A DNA stretch of 63,738 bases, the filler included, from Octopus bimaculoides (taxonomy: Eukaryota), in assembly GCF_001194135.2 (NCBI RefSeq). It is 7 parts of 6 records of this genome, joined end to end, with 100 filler letters (N's around TTAATTAATTAA, not from the genome) between each part and the next. Parts side by side here need not be neighbours in the genome. Positions count along the whole stretch, not along the records: positions 23,295 to 40,880 come from NC_068984.1; positions 40,981 to 53,812 come from NC_068990.1; 5 more parts are not named here. The stretch is one strand, 5' to 3'. The position numbers and the translations under genes are program-made. This document shows, one piece after another, positions 36,771 to 49,551 of the stretch; within the stretch, counting starts at the first letter, position 1, and the number at the start of each line of letters is the position of its first letter. The notes under the pieces are model-generated. The model saw only the letters and a program-made list of their open reading frames with translations. It had not been told where the DNA came from and did not search any database.

Positions 36771-36893
36771 ATGAGATATGGCACATCTATTTCTGAAATT
36801 CTGCTGTAATTCCTTTTAGTCAGGTCTTCTTTATTAATTATCTCCCTGATTGTTAAAGGTGCTTCAGGTGTCTCAGTCAGCAAATTCTTCAAT
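36771..36893 (-). CDS. Candidate symmetric 123-nt exon (LKNLLTETPEAPLTIREIINKEDLTKRNYSRISEIDVPYL)
   Basis: T-rich TTGATAG acceptor and GTGAGT donor. Only one frame is open; phase 2/2. Protein not recognised. Confidence 0.4.
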
Positions 36894-37026
36894 CTATCAA
36901 CAAAATTAAAAAAAAATTCTTCCACTTTCATTTTATCGGTGATTATTACAGATTAGAAGGAAAGCTTTTACTTCTGTTTTATGTTATTACTGATCATTAC
37001 CAGTTATCAATTCTTTCACTTCTCAC

Positions 37027-37064
37027 TTGTTTACTAAAAACTGTTTTATTTTCTGACTTGGAGG
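37027..37064 (-). CDS. Candidate 38-nt exon (PPSQKIKQFLVN-K)
   Basis: TTGTAG acceptor and AA|GTGAGA donor; joins in frame to 36893. Confidence 0.22.
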
Positions 37065-37728
37065 CTACAACAACAACAGCAACAACTCCAACAATATCAT
37101 CATCAACAAGAAAACAATGGAACCAGTAAAAGCAATGCAACATTAAAGGAATCTATATAGAAAATAATCAACAGGAACCTAAGGCCAAATTCTCTTCCAA
37201 CAATACCCAGCTGTCTTACTACGTTTATATGAACCAATAAGTAAAACATCAATGTGGTTGTTAAATATATTAGAAATTGCAGCAAAAATCTTCAAATCAC
37301 AATTTTCTGTCTCATATGGACATACGAACAAGTGATACCACCATGTAGAAGTTAATCATATTAGAAATAGTAGCTACTTCTCCCTCAGATCACAACCTTT
37401 TGTCTCATGTAGATACAATAGATACAATACCTGTGCATTATTAGTTCTGCAAGTTGTATATAAATAACAACAATTTAAAACATAGGAGCTTACAAGTCTA
37501 CAAAAAAATTCACATTTTAATTTGAATACACATTCATTTTTTAATTTTTTTTATTCTTCCTCTCTGAATAAATAAATAAATAAATAGATAAAATAAAATA
37601 AAAATGTTTCTGAGTATATTTTGATACTCAGACCCAATCCAAATTTTTCTTTAGGAAAAATAATTTTCTTAGAAAATTACTTTTTATAAATCTCGGCAGT
37701 CCTGGTTTAGGATGCGAGTTGCTGTAAT

Positions 37729-38310
37729 TTAGCCCCAGGAGACATCGTCTCCAGCTGGCTATACGACATGATCTGTCTCCTTATATTTTCGAACAAGGGA
37801 ATCTAGCACCCCGACCCAGCTCAAAACAATATCTGTGTATCACGATTTCAGGATTTTGCATGTTGGCACTTTTTGTCTCTGTATTTCTGCAGTTTTTGGC
37901 TTTCTTGTGATTGTATCTGTGTGTTTGTGTGTTTGTGCGTCTGTGTGTTCGTTTGACTGTAATTCTGCATGTTTCGTCTGTGTGTCTACGTCTTTAGGTT
38001 TCCGTAATTCTGAGTTATCTTATTTCTGTTCGTCTATACTTCTGTGCTTTTGCATGTCTTTGTGTTTGAGTGTCTGCGGGTCTGAATGTTTCTGTACTTG
38101 TAAGTCCTTTACTGGTGATCCTACTGGTAAATCTTCCCCGTTTCTCGTCGTAGGTTGGGTTACCTCTTCCATTGCTTTGTGCTACTTCAATTCCACTATC
38201 TTTGGTGACTTCCTTCTCTCTCTTTTTCTTGCTTTCATTGCTTTTACCTCTGCGAATTCCCCGCTTTGTTCTGTTATCTGTTTCTGCCATTTCTCCACCA
38301 TTATATTCTC
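37729..38310 (-). mobile_element. Probable decayed TE coding sequence (purine-rich, ORF1-like)
   Basis: One minus frame runs about 190 codons with only 4 internal stops (K/E/Q/T-rich). Family not identified. Confidence 0.3.
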
Positions 38311-38404
38311 CTAAATACTTTTCTCTACAGTTTCCACTGCAACTCTAGGGCATTTCTTTCTCAAGTGCCCTCTTCCACCACATTTGTAATACTTTGGGGG
38401 TCTC

Positions 38405-38462
38405 CCCTTCCTAACACCAACCACTCCGGGAGTGTAGCGGGTGCTTTAATGTGACACTGGCA
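38405..38462 (-). mobile_element. RTE tail fragment
   Basis: CCCTTCCTAACACCAACCACTCCGGGAGTGTAGCGGGTGCTTT. Confidence 0.75.
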
Positions 38463-38579
38463 AGGAGTTATCTTCTTTTGGTATTTTGCCCTGTACTTAT
38501 CTCTCGTGTGTTTACATATTTTTCACTTGTTGGTGATTTCCTGTACTGAATGTGCATTAGTTATTTATATATATATATA

Positions 38580-38742
38580 GGCGCAGGAGTGGCTGTGTGG
38601 TAAGTAGCTTGCTTACCAACCACATGGTTCCAGGTTCAGTCCCACTGCGTGGCAACTTGGGCAAGTGTCTTCTACTATAGCCTCGGGCCGACCAAGGCCT
38701 TGTGAGTGGATTTGGTAGACGGAAATTGAAAGAAGCCCGTCA
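38580..38742 (+). mobile_element. SINE family A, 5' half (runs into gap)
   Basis: GGCGCAGGAGTGGCTGTGTGG...GAAGCCCGTC. Confidence 0.92.
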
Positions 38743-39160
38743 TACATATGTATATATANNNNNNNNNNNNNNNNNNNNNNNNNNNNNNNNNNNNNNNNNN
38801 NNNNNNNNNNNNNNNNNNNNNNNNNNNNNNNNNNNNNNNNNNNNNNNNNNNNNNNNNNNNNNNNNNNNNNNNNNNNNNNNNNNNNNNNNNNNNNNNNNNN
38901 NNNNNNNNNNNNNNNNNNNNNNNNNNNNNNNNNNNNNNNNNNNNNNNNNNNNNNNNNNNNNNNNNNNNNNNNNNNNNNNNNNNNNNNNNNNNNNNNNNNN
39001 NNNNNNNNNNNNNNNNNNNNNNNNNNNNNNNNNNNNNNNNNNNNNNNNNNNNNNNNNNNNNNNNNNNNNNNNNNNNNNNNNNNNNNNNNNNNNNNNNNNN
39101 NNNNNNNNNNNNNNNNNNNNNNNNNNNNNNNNNNNNNNNNNNNNNNNNNNNNNNNNNNNN

Positions 39161-39225
<65 letters not shown>

Positions 39226-39553
39226 TCAACAATAGTGTACTGTAAGGTCCATAATGGTAGAGTCTAAGAAGCATAAAGTTTCAACAGTAATTCAGGTAGT
39301 GGTAAAATGGTTCAGTAAAGGTTCAAGGGTCTGAGAAGAAGGTAGGAGAAGAAATTAGGGTCTAAGAGTTCAGTCTGACAGGATCAAACTGGTAAAACCA
39401 TTAATCTCTGTTTTTTGCCTCTCCCCATGAGTTCTCTTCACATTACTTTCTGCTGAAGATCAAAGACTCTTCCATTTTCCCTGAGCATCAACCTAAAACA
39501 CCTTGTTTGTCTCCACCTTCTGTTCCTTACTTTTTGTAAAATTTTGAATTATA

Positions 39554-39945
39554 CTCTTTTACTCTTTTACTTGTTTTAGTCGTTTGATTGTGACCATGCT
39601 GGAGCACCGCCTTTTTAGTCGAGCAAATCGACCCCAGAACTTATTCTTTGGAAGCCTAGTACTTATTCTATCGATCTCTTTTGCCGAATCGCTATGTTAC
39701 GGGGACGTAAACACACCAGCATCAGTTGTCAAGCGATGTTGGGGGAACAAACACAGATACAAAAACACATACATACATATATACATATATACGACGGGCT
39801 TCTTTCAGTTTCCGCCTACCAAATCCACTCACAAGGCTTTCCGAGGCTATAGTAGAAGACACTTGCCCAAGGTGCCATGCAGTGGGACTGAACCCGGAAC
39901 CATGTGGTTGGTAAGCAAGCTACTTACCACACAGTCACTCCTACA

Positions 39946-39947
<2 letters not shown>
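39554..39947 (-). mobile_element. Full-length SINE family A
   Basis: Complete reverse complement of the family-A layout. Confidence 0.92.
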
Positions 39948-39986
<39 letters not shown>

Positions 39987-40033
39987 NNNNNNNNNNNNNN
40001 NNNNNNNNNNNNNNNNNNNNNNNNNNNNNNNCA

Positions 40034-40077
<44 letters not shown>

Positions 40078-40722
40078 TGGATTGGGCACAGTTGCCATCT
40101 AACAAACTCCAGTCACTAAGTGGTGGTCAATACATATATAAAACCTCGATTCTTTTATACTTCATTTAGACATCACAGAGAAAGTAAGCAATAATTCTTC
40201 TTTTTCTCTTACTACCTGAAATTACAAGCCCAAACGCTGAAAGAATCACATCGAGAATCTCACAGTAAGTCCTGTGCAACGTTAAAAATTTAACGATGTC
40301 AAAAAAAGACATCTATCAAAGCTTCAGAATAGCAAGTTTACAAAATTGCCATCAAATTTACTTCACAACATATTTTGGCATGTATGTTTTCCATTACATT
40401 TTGTACCTCAAGTAAATTTCAGAGAATCACCAGAAAAATCAATAAATACACTAAAGAAATGATTTTTTTTTCTCATTAATTTCAAATTTCAAAACTAAAA
40501 TTTCGTCAAATTGAATATTTTTTGTTTTGTCATTTTACTTATAGACACACACATACACAACAACAACAACAACACATGTGTGTGTGAGGTGTGTGTTGTA
40601 TATGTGTGTACACACACATATACCTAATATATATATACATATATAGATGGATAGATAGACAGATAGATGTACGATATATACATAAATACATGCACAAATA
40701 CATACACACACAAACACACATG

Positions 40723-40776
<54 letters not shown>

Positions 40777-40980
40777 CACACACATACATATACATATATA
40801 CACAGACACACACATATATATACATGCATATACATATATATATATATACATATATATATACATATACATATATATATATANNNNNNNNNNNNNNNNNNNN
40901 NNNNNNNNNNNNNNNNNNNNNNNNTTAATTAATTAANNNNNNNNNNNNNNNNNNNNNNNNNNNNNNNNNNNNNNNNNNNN

Positions 40981-41016
<36 letters not shown>

Positions 41017-41097
41017 GCATATAAGTGTGCGTTTGTATGTGTACCTACATATATGTATGCATTTACCAAACATATGAAATTATATACAAGTTATATA

Positions 41098-41379
41098 TTC
41101 TTTTACTTGTTTCCATCATTTGACTGGGGCCATGCTGGAGCACCGACTTAAAGATTTGGTTAGTCGAACAAATCAACGCCAAGAATTATTCTTTGTATAG
41201 CCTAGTACTTATTTTATCGTTTTCTTTTGCCGGGCCGTTAAGTTACGGGGACGTAAACACACCAACATCGGCTGTCAAGCGATGGTAGGCAGACAGAGAC
41301 ACACAAACATATACACACACAAACACACACGCACACGCACATGCACACACACACATACACACACAAACACACACACATA

Positions 41380-41428
<49 letters not shown>

Positions 41429-41523
41429 GACCGGCTTCTTTCAGTTTCCGTCTACAAAATCCACTCACAAGTCTTTTTTCAGCCCGAGAATATAATGGAA
41501 GAACCTTGCCCATAGTTCCACGC
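41098..41523 (-). mobile_element. SINE family A, 5'-truncated
   Basis: CTTTTACTTGTTTCCATCATTTGACTG...AATCCACTCACAAG. Confidence 0.88.
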
Positions 41524-42016
41524 ATGTGCCGTTTACAGGTCGTTCACAGTATTTGGCTACCTGATGTCATCAACAGTACTGAATTATACGAAACTTCATT
41601 TACTTCGGGGATTCTTTGTAGCCGTAGAGTTTATGAAAATATGAGTGAATGAGAGATGGAGTTAATGAGACTCTTTATTCACTACAATCTTTTCTACTCA
41701 TCGTTCACGGGCGACCCGCACTACAGATGCTGTAGAAACAATTGTGGTACATCATAGGTGCAGATATGTCTTCAGGTGACTTGTGTAAAGGCACCACACC
41801 TTATACTCGCCGTTTCGTTTATTTCTCTGGCAATCTGTTTTAGTAGTAGGTAACTTATACGAACAATCGAACGTAAAAAAAAAATTAGTACATCAATCAA
41901 ATAAATTATTATAAACCGATAATAAAGACAGTTAAATAAATCGTAAAAAAGCTATAAATGTCGTACAATATTTACAAAACAAAGAGAAAAAATCAGACAT
42001 TCACATATGCACATTC

Positions 42017-42059
<43 letters not shown>

Positions 42060-42530
42060 TGCGTATAAATTCAAATATGCAATTGAAGCAGCACAAATGT
42101 ATTAAGCATTATCATGCACATGTACTTAACGCACATGAATGTAGTATTTGCCGCTAGGCTGCCAACTGGCGTGGAGAAGAATACTCTCTGAGAGCAGCAG
42201 GTGTTAAAACACCTGAAGTCATAAACAGGCAAGCTAGTTTACCCAAAATTAGATGGAGGAATGATGGACATCGACGTTTCACCATATTTGTGGTTTATCA
42301 GCGACACGTACCCGAACAGGATCGGAGATAAACCATTTCTCCAGTCCATGACTTATATGCATATAGTATGAAAGCTATGCACACGTAAGGATAAATTCAA
42401 ATATGAAACACAAGCAGAACTAGACTAAGTTTTGGTGTTGTCGAAAACAGTCATTCAAAATGCCATGGGGATACCCGGACATAGTTTGCACGCTATATGT
42501 ATATAAGTCGTGGTCTGTCGAAATTATGCG

Positions 42531-42836
42531 AAAGACCTACATATACGTTTCGATTCATGCCCCTAGGTGATACATAATACTAATCATTTAGTCATATGCT
42601 AAGAATTGGTATCATTTTCAGTTCTCTGTAGCAGAATCTCGTCAGGATTTTAAGAGCTTGTTTTTTTTTTATGCATCCTTTCCAGAAATATGTTAACCTT
42701 TGTTCGAAAAGCTCCTAAGTCCCTGATGAGATTGGGCCTCAGATAGTTGAAAATGATACCAATTCTTAGTATACGACCAAATGCTTAGAATTACGTATCA
42801 TCTAGGGGCATGAATCGAAACATATTTGTAGGTTTT
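42531..42836. mobile_element. Fold-back MITE-like element with about 128-bp arms
   Basis: 42531-42659 is the reverse complement of 42709-42836 (shared GTTTCGATTCATGCCCCTAG and CTAAGAATTGGTATCATTTTCA), with a spacer of about 50 bp. Confidence 0.85.
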
Positions 42837-43595
42837 GTGCATCTGCCATTTCTTTTACAGCTGAACAATTTTATAAGATGCAAATAAATTATTTATACAA
42901 CCATGTTTCTGCATTTTCTTTCTTTCAATATTAATAATATGCATTACTATAATAATACCAAACATATCGTCAAAACTCTCTTTATATGATAGTGATTAAC
43001 CAGTGGAATGTTTTAGATTATTTAATGCCTAATGTGGATCTAATACCCTCGAATAGATTATACATATATACGTATACATGCATACGTACATACATACGTA
43101 AGTACATATACACAGTCAGGCACAAATATACGTACTCACACGCCTACACATTGACATTTATTTGCAAACATATATGTGCATCTACGCATATTTCTATACA
43201 CACATGTAACCATATCTAACAATGCAGATATGTACTTCCATATGAATGTTATTATTCGATAGATTAAGAAGTGCTAATAATTCTCTTATTGCAGGTGTTG
43301 TCATTGTTCATGTCTTTCCATGTTTATTCATAACTACCAATGATGCCCGTCGTTGATCGGGTAATTACTTTTATTCTTTCTCGGGAGCCACATGCCAAGT
43401 GTTATTATATATATATATATAGATAGATTTACTCCTCCTGTATGTGTGCATTTTGTAAGAAAAAACATATAATTGAAGTAGAAAACAGATCAATTTCATA
43501 CACGAACTTCTGTTTGTTTATTATGTGACAACAATAAGTGTGTTGTATGTGTTATCTTATATATCTATACAGTAATGGCAATTATATAATACTCA

Positions 43596-43711
43596 AAGCT
43601 TTAGTCGGCATGGAGCTGTAATGAAAGAGAATTGCCCAACGTGCCACAGAGTGAGACTGAACCCGAGGTGACATGGTCGGAACGCAAGCTTCTCAACCAC
43701 ACAGCCACGCC
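43596..43711 (-). mobile_element. Diverged SINE family A head
   Basis: TTGCCCAACGTGCCACAGAGTGAGACTGAACCC...AACCACACAGCCACGCC. Confidence 0.8.
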
Positions 43712-43846
43712 TATAAAGAAGAGATACATTTGGGATAATACATTCCTTGAAACAATATGCTTAACAAAAAGATGGTTTGGTTACGGCAAGAAGACATTTG
43801 ATTTTAATATTTACTCGAGCAACGCAAAAACTAACAATGCTACACC

Positions 43847-44130
43847 AGACAGGGTGTTACAGAATTAATTATATGTTAATTGAGCAAATTTTGAAAAAAC
43901 TGACAGAATGTTATGTTTATTACCAAAACAAATAGATTTATAGAAATTACGTCAAACTTTTATTGAAAACTTTCAACATGTCTATATCACTGCATACTTC
44001 AAGTCTCTCCTTAGCGTTGTGAAACACATTCTGAAGCATTTCAGAAGTTAGCTCCTGCACTGCTAACAGAATGTGTTCTTTGAGCTCAGCTAAACGATTG
44101 CTCCATCTTGGGGATGAAGGTAAAGAAAAT
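43847..44130 (-). mobile_element. Tc1/mariner (DD37D-like) transposase C-terminus and terminal end
   Basis: LAELKEHILLAVQELTSEMLQNVFHNAKERLEVC..., with an ACAGGGTG TIR-like end at about 43848. Confidence 0.5.
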
Positions 44131-44309
44131 GATTGCTGCCAAATTTTTTAAAAAAGCTGTCCTTGACAAATATGTAACATTCCAACAGGAATGAAAATAA
44201 AATTAGAAACAAAATTCAAAATTTATACACTTTTAACACATATTAAACATGATAAACGTAAATAAAGATGAGTTTTAACAAAATACATCCGATTTCACTA
44301 AAATCATCA

Positions 44310-45245
44310 TTAGTTCTGTGTGCCTTGGGTATGTGTTGTGGTTTGCTGTGATGCTCTTATGGTTACTGTATCGAAAGTGTTTTGCGTAGGATGTGTGCAG
44401 TACCCAGTAGTGCAATTTTCTGTATATTATATATACTTGTAAGTCCTGGTGTTTTTGTTATGTATTTGTCTGAATATTTATTTTTATTATACTTAATGCG
44501 CCTACTATGATAGGAATTGTTTGTTTTTAGATTCCACATTCGAGTTACCTCTATTTCTAGGTCTTTGTATTTTGAAAGTTTTTCCATTTCTTTTAGAGAA
44601 AAGTTGTCATCTGCTGGTATTGATACATCAATTAGAAAGCATTCTTTTTCTTCATGATCGCTGACAACTATATCTGTCATATTAGCCTTAATTTCTCTAT
44701 CTGTGTGTATTGGCATATCCCAGAGTATGGTTGCTTTCTCGTTTTCTGTGACCTTTTCTGGCGTGTGCCTATACCATCTTTTTTCTGTTATTCCATATTG
44801 TTGGCATAGCTTCCAGTGTATGTAGGTCCCAGCTCTGTCGTGTCTGTGAATATATTCTTTCTTAGCCAGGACTGGGCAGCCAGAGTTAATGTGATTTACT
44901 GTTTCTTGTCCATCGCCACATATTCTGCAGTTACTTGTTATATTTCTTTTCATTATGTGTTTTTGGTAATTTCTGGTGGGGAGGCTCTGGTCTTGTGCAG
45001 CAATTAAAAATCCTTCAGTCTCTGCTTTGAGTCCTGAGCATCTCAACTATTGCTGGGATTTTTCTCTGTCTATTTCTTTTGCGTTTAGTTTAGCCCAGTA
45101 TTTGCCATGAAGGGGCTTTTCTTGCCATCGTTTTATCATGGTCCGTTGCTGTTCTAGTTTTAGTTTGGATTTCATTTGTTTTATAGCTTCTGTTTCTTCT
45201 TCTNNNNNNNNNNTTCTTCTTCTCTTTCATATTTGTTAGGTAGTA
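44310..45245 (-). mobile_element. 5'-truncated R4/Dong-like LINE
   Basis: WQEKPLHGKYW upstream of the ORF; the 3' UTR matches 56437-56480; (TAA)n immediately 5'. Confidence 0.88.
44363..45046 (-). pseudogene. R4-clade ORF C-terminus: CCHC knuckle and restriction-like endonuclease
   Basis: CRICGDGQETVNHINSGC, RHD, WD, IKANMTD (decayed NRPD), LIDVSIP, EKLSKY and LLGTAHILRK, with a frameshift near KTNNSY. Confidence 0.88.
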
Positions 45246-45305
<60 letters not shown>

Positions 45306-45984
45306 AATAATAATAATAATAATAATAATATTACTTGTAACTATTAATACATACGGTATATAATATATGTCCTTATCGTCGCGACTTCGTTTCATGAATG
45401 ACCTTACAGCCATGTCAGTGATAGATAACTCTTTCTGACGTTTAAAAAGGGGAATAATGCAAACACGCATTTCTGTTGCTTCAGCGGATTGAGGCAAATA
45501 TCAAAGTTTTCATTGTGTAAATTTAGAATTGAAATCTTATTTAGTTTCATATTTGTAATATTTAAAAAAATTTTTTCATCATTTTTCCATTACACGCTTG
45601 CATGCGTGCGTGCGTGAGTGAGTCTGTGCGTGAGTGAGTCTGTGCGTGTGTGTGCTTTTTGAACCTACTTACGACGCGTTGAACATGGATCATATCGGGT
45701 TTCATTGATTTACAAATTCATGTTACTGCATTTTCAGGATATATCTGTCTTGTTTATTGCCTGGAAACATTGTACTTTTTATTGGTCAATGTTTTTAACA
45801 TCTGGTCGTCTTCGTGTTTCTCTCTCTTTTTCCGACTTCCTCTATTTTCTCTCTAGCTCTGTATATATGTGTGTGTGTGCGTGTGTGTGTGTGTGTGCGT
45901 GTGTGTGTGTGTGTGTGTGTATACATGCATACGTTTACGCAGGCATATGCGTATATATGCATACATAAAAAGATATGCATATAA

Positions 45985-46023
<39 letters not shown>

Positions 46024-46469
46024 NNNNNNNNNNNNNNNNNNNNNNNNNNNNNNNNNNNNNNNNNNNNNNNNNNNNNNNNNNNNNNNNNNNNNNNNNNNNN
46101 NNNNNNNNNNNNNNNNNNNNNNNNNNNNNNNNNNNNNNNNNNNNNNNNNNNNNNNNNNNNNNNNNNNNNNNNNNNNNNNNNNNNNNNNNNNNNNNNNNNN
46201 NNNNNNNNNNNNNNNNNNNNNNNNNNNNNNNNNNNNNNNNNNNNNNNNNNATATATATATATATATATAAATATACAGAGAGAGAGAGATAGAAATACAT
46301 ATACATATATATATATATATATACATAGGTATGTGTCTGTTTGTATGTATGCATGTATGTATATATGTATGCATGTATCTATGTATGCGTGTATGAATAT
46401 ATATTTTCTGTACGTTTATATTGTTATGTTATATCTGTGCGGGTACTGAAATACACACGAAATTCGCTA

Positions 46470-46861
<392 letters not shown>

Positions 46862-47265
46862 TGCATGTAACTACATATCTATGCAACCTTTCTCTCAGTC
46901 GCCCTATAATAAGACAATCCAACGGAAATAAGATTAACGACCAACATTCTCCGTGATTTATGCACGTAATGCACAGCGAGGCACATGATGCATTAGTGAA
47001 AATTAACAATGAAACTGTGACTCGACCACTAAGATCTGGATGTGACATGAAAGGCTGTTTTATGTGTGGTTCCTAGGGAAAGCTTTGCCTCCTCTTTGAT
47101 CATGCCATGAAATGTGACGAAGATTTAAATCATATTATGTTTTAACATGTTTTTGCTGGTGTTGCTTTATATTCTATCTTGATTTTTTGTTATTTATATT
47201 TACATCGTAATTTACTCCTTATTTTCACTCTTTTGTATATTGCAGTTATTTCTTATATACACTTG

Positions 47266-47308
<43 letters not shown>

Positions 47309-47472
47309 ATTTTCTTGTTGTTATTTTCTTCACAACTTCTTTATCGATATGTCCTCTATAACATCCGTCGACCATTTTAACGCAAGTTGGAGGCCGGATT
47401 GGTTTTCAAATTGAGACACATATATCACGACCTCATTCATTTTATGTTATTTCCCTATTCTGCTGTATTCAT

Positions 47473-47581
<109 letters not shown>

Positions 47582-48591
47582 ATATTTCTGTTAATTTTTT
47601 TCTGCATTTCATTGTTTTGATTTATTGGGAAGCTACTTCTTGCGTACGTATATTTGAATATATCATCTAACTATATGCGTACATATACATGTGTGTGTGT
47701 GTATACATATATAAAATAGATATAGAGATGTATGTATATATAATAATGTATATGTGTGTGTACGCACGCGTGTATACATGTAGATAACATCGGTCAGTTG
47801 TCCATAAGTCAGTAAAAATGTTCATTCTAAATAGTTTTTTTTTTTGAGAAGTTATATTTTATGTAGTCGAGTAGTATAATGTTAATTGTGGTCAGTCAGA
47901 AAGTTACTATCGGTTTTGTGTCTAATATAGCAACACATCAAACCGGGTGTCCGGCGGCACGTAATTTTGTTACGAATGGAAATAAAAATATAATCTTAGT
48001 TTGGTCGTGAAAAAACCCTGAAAGGAATGAAACATGTCCAAATATACCAATGCTGAGAACGATAGCATTACTTCTCTTTCAACGATACCAGGTGTGTGAG
48101 AAATGGGTCGGTTATGTACGGTTTTCGTTCACTACTCCGCAGGCACGACAGACCACTTTTCCAAAATGAATATCCTATCATACAGGCAAAAACTTCTTGA
48201 ATTCTATATAGAACTTTTTAATCCAAGAAAACACTGAATTATGAAGGGGTTAATAGTCTCCGGCCATCAGGCCTGATCGGGAGCCTATATTGCCAAGTGC
48301 AACGTGAAACTAATGGTAGCTTGTTGACAGCTGATAACTAATGATATACTTGACTACATGATATATATATATATATATATANNNNNNNNNNNNNNNNNNN
48401 NNNNNNNNNNNNNNNNNNNNNNNNNNNNNNNNNNNNNNNNNNNNNNNNNNNNNNNNNNNNNNNNNNNNNNNNNNNNNNNNNNNNNNNNNNNNNNNNNNNN
48501 NNNNNNNNNNNNNNNNNNNNNNNNNNNNNNNNNNNNNNNNNNNNNNNNNNNNNNNNNNNNNNNNNNNNNNNNNNNNNNNNNNNNNNNNNNN

Positions 48592-48916
48592 TCTTTTACT
48601 TGTTTCGATCATTTGACTGCGACCATGCTGGATCACCACCTTTAGTCGAGCAAATCGAGCCCAGGACTTATTCTTTGTAAGCCTAGTACTTATTCTATCG
48701 GTCTTTTTTGCCGAACCGCTAAGTTACGGGGACATAAACACACCACCATCAGTTGTCATGCGATGTTGGGGGGACAAACACAGACACACAAACATATACG
48801 CATATATACATACATACATACATACATATATACGACAGGCTTCTTTCAGTTTCCGTCTACCAAATCCATTCACAAGGCTTTGGTCGGTAAGCAAGCTACT
48901 TACCACACAGCCACTC
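48592..48916 (-). mobile_element. SINE family A with internal deletion
   Basis: GGCTTTGGTC is joined directly to GGTAAGCAAGCTACTTACC, removing the B box and CORE-like segment. Confidence 0.88.
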
Positions 48917-49360
48917 ATGAAGAGGAGTAGTGAGAGTGCATCGTAGGTACGTGTCGAGGGGGTTTCTTTGGGGTTCGAATAAATATAACAAAACCAAATT
49001 TTGAAGGAAATATTAGCCGTTTTTCATTCTTTAGACGAGGAAACAAATAGGAAATGACAGTTGCTAGCCAAGGACAAAAAGTGTGTTACACAATGTTAAT
49101 AGTTATGAGTAAATATATAAATATCAGTTGTTATACATTGTAATGAAACCTTTCATTATTTTGCAGAAGCGAAGAATTTTAACCAAATTAAGTGAAGCAA
49201 AATTTATTACACATTACAGAAATTATTATTAAGGTAATGCTTGCTAATGTATGTGGATCACATAGAGAGCAGTAGTTAATCTTAAGGAGATTAAAGATTA
49301 ATATGCGACACCTTGAATAATTGAATATGTATTAAGGTGCCTTCACCGAATGATGAAAAT

Positions 49361-49551
49361 CTTTTCTACTATAGGCACAAGACCCGAAATTCTGGGGGAG
49401 GGTACTAGTCGATCACATCGACCCCAGTGTTTCACTGGTACTTAATTTATCGATCCTGAAAGGATGAAAGACAAAGTCGACCTCGGCGGAATTTGAACGC
49501 CGTACGTAACGACAAGCTAAGAATTTCGTCCGGCGTGCTAACGATTCTGGT
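49361..49551 (-). mobile_element. SINE family B with 16-bp target-site duplication
   Basis: ACCGAATGATGAAAAT at 49345-49360 and 49552-49567. Confidence 0.9.

Noticed and set aside
36993-37064. Alternative exon ending TG| that would create a junction TGA, rescuable by A-to-I editing to Trp
   Set aside because: Pure speculation; a simpler donor at 37026 gives an open frame.
37835-38314. 159-aa Cys/Ser/Phe-rich plus-strand ORF
   Set aside because: The strand is A-poor, so stops are scarce by composition. The purine-rich minus strand is the more likely ancestral TE coding strand.
41539-41645. IWLPD peptide suggesting a Cys-loop or chemotactile receptor exon
   Set aside because: Spacing to Asn is PD-x2-N rather than PD-x4-N, and no other ligand-binding-domain features are present.
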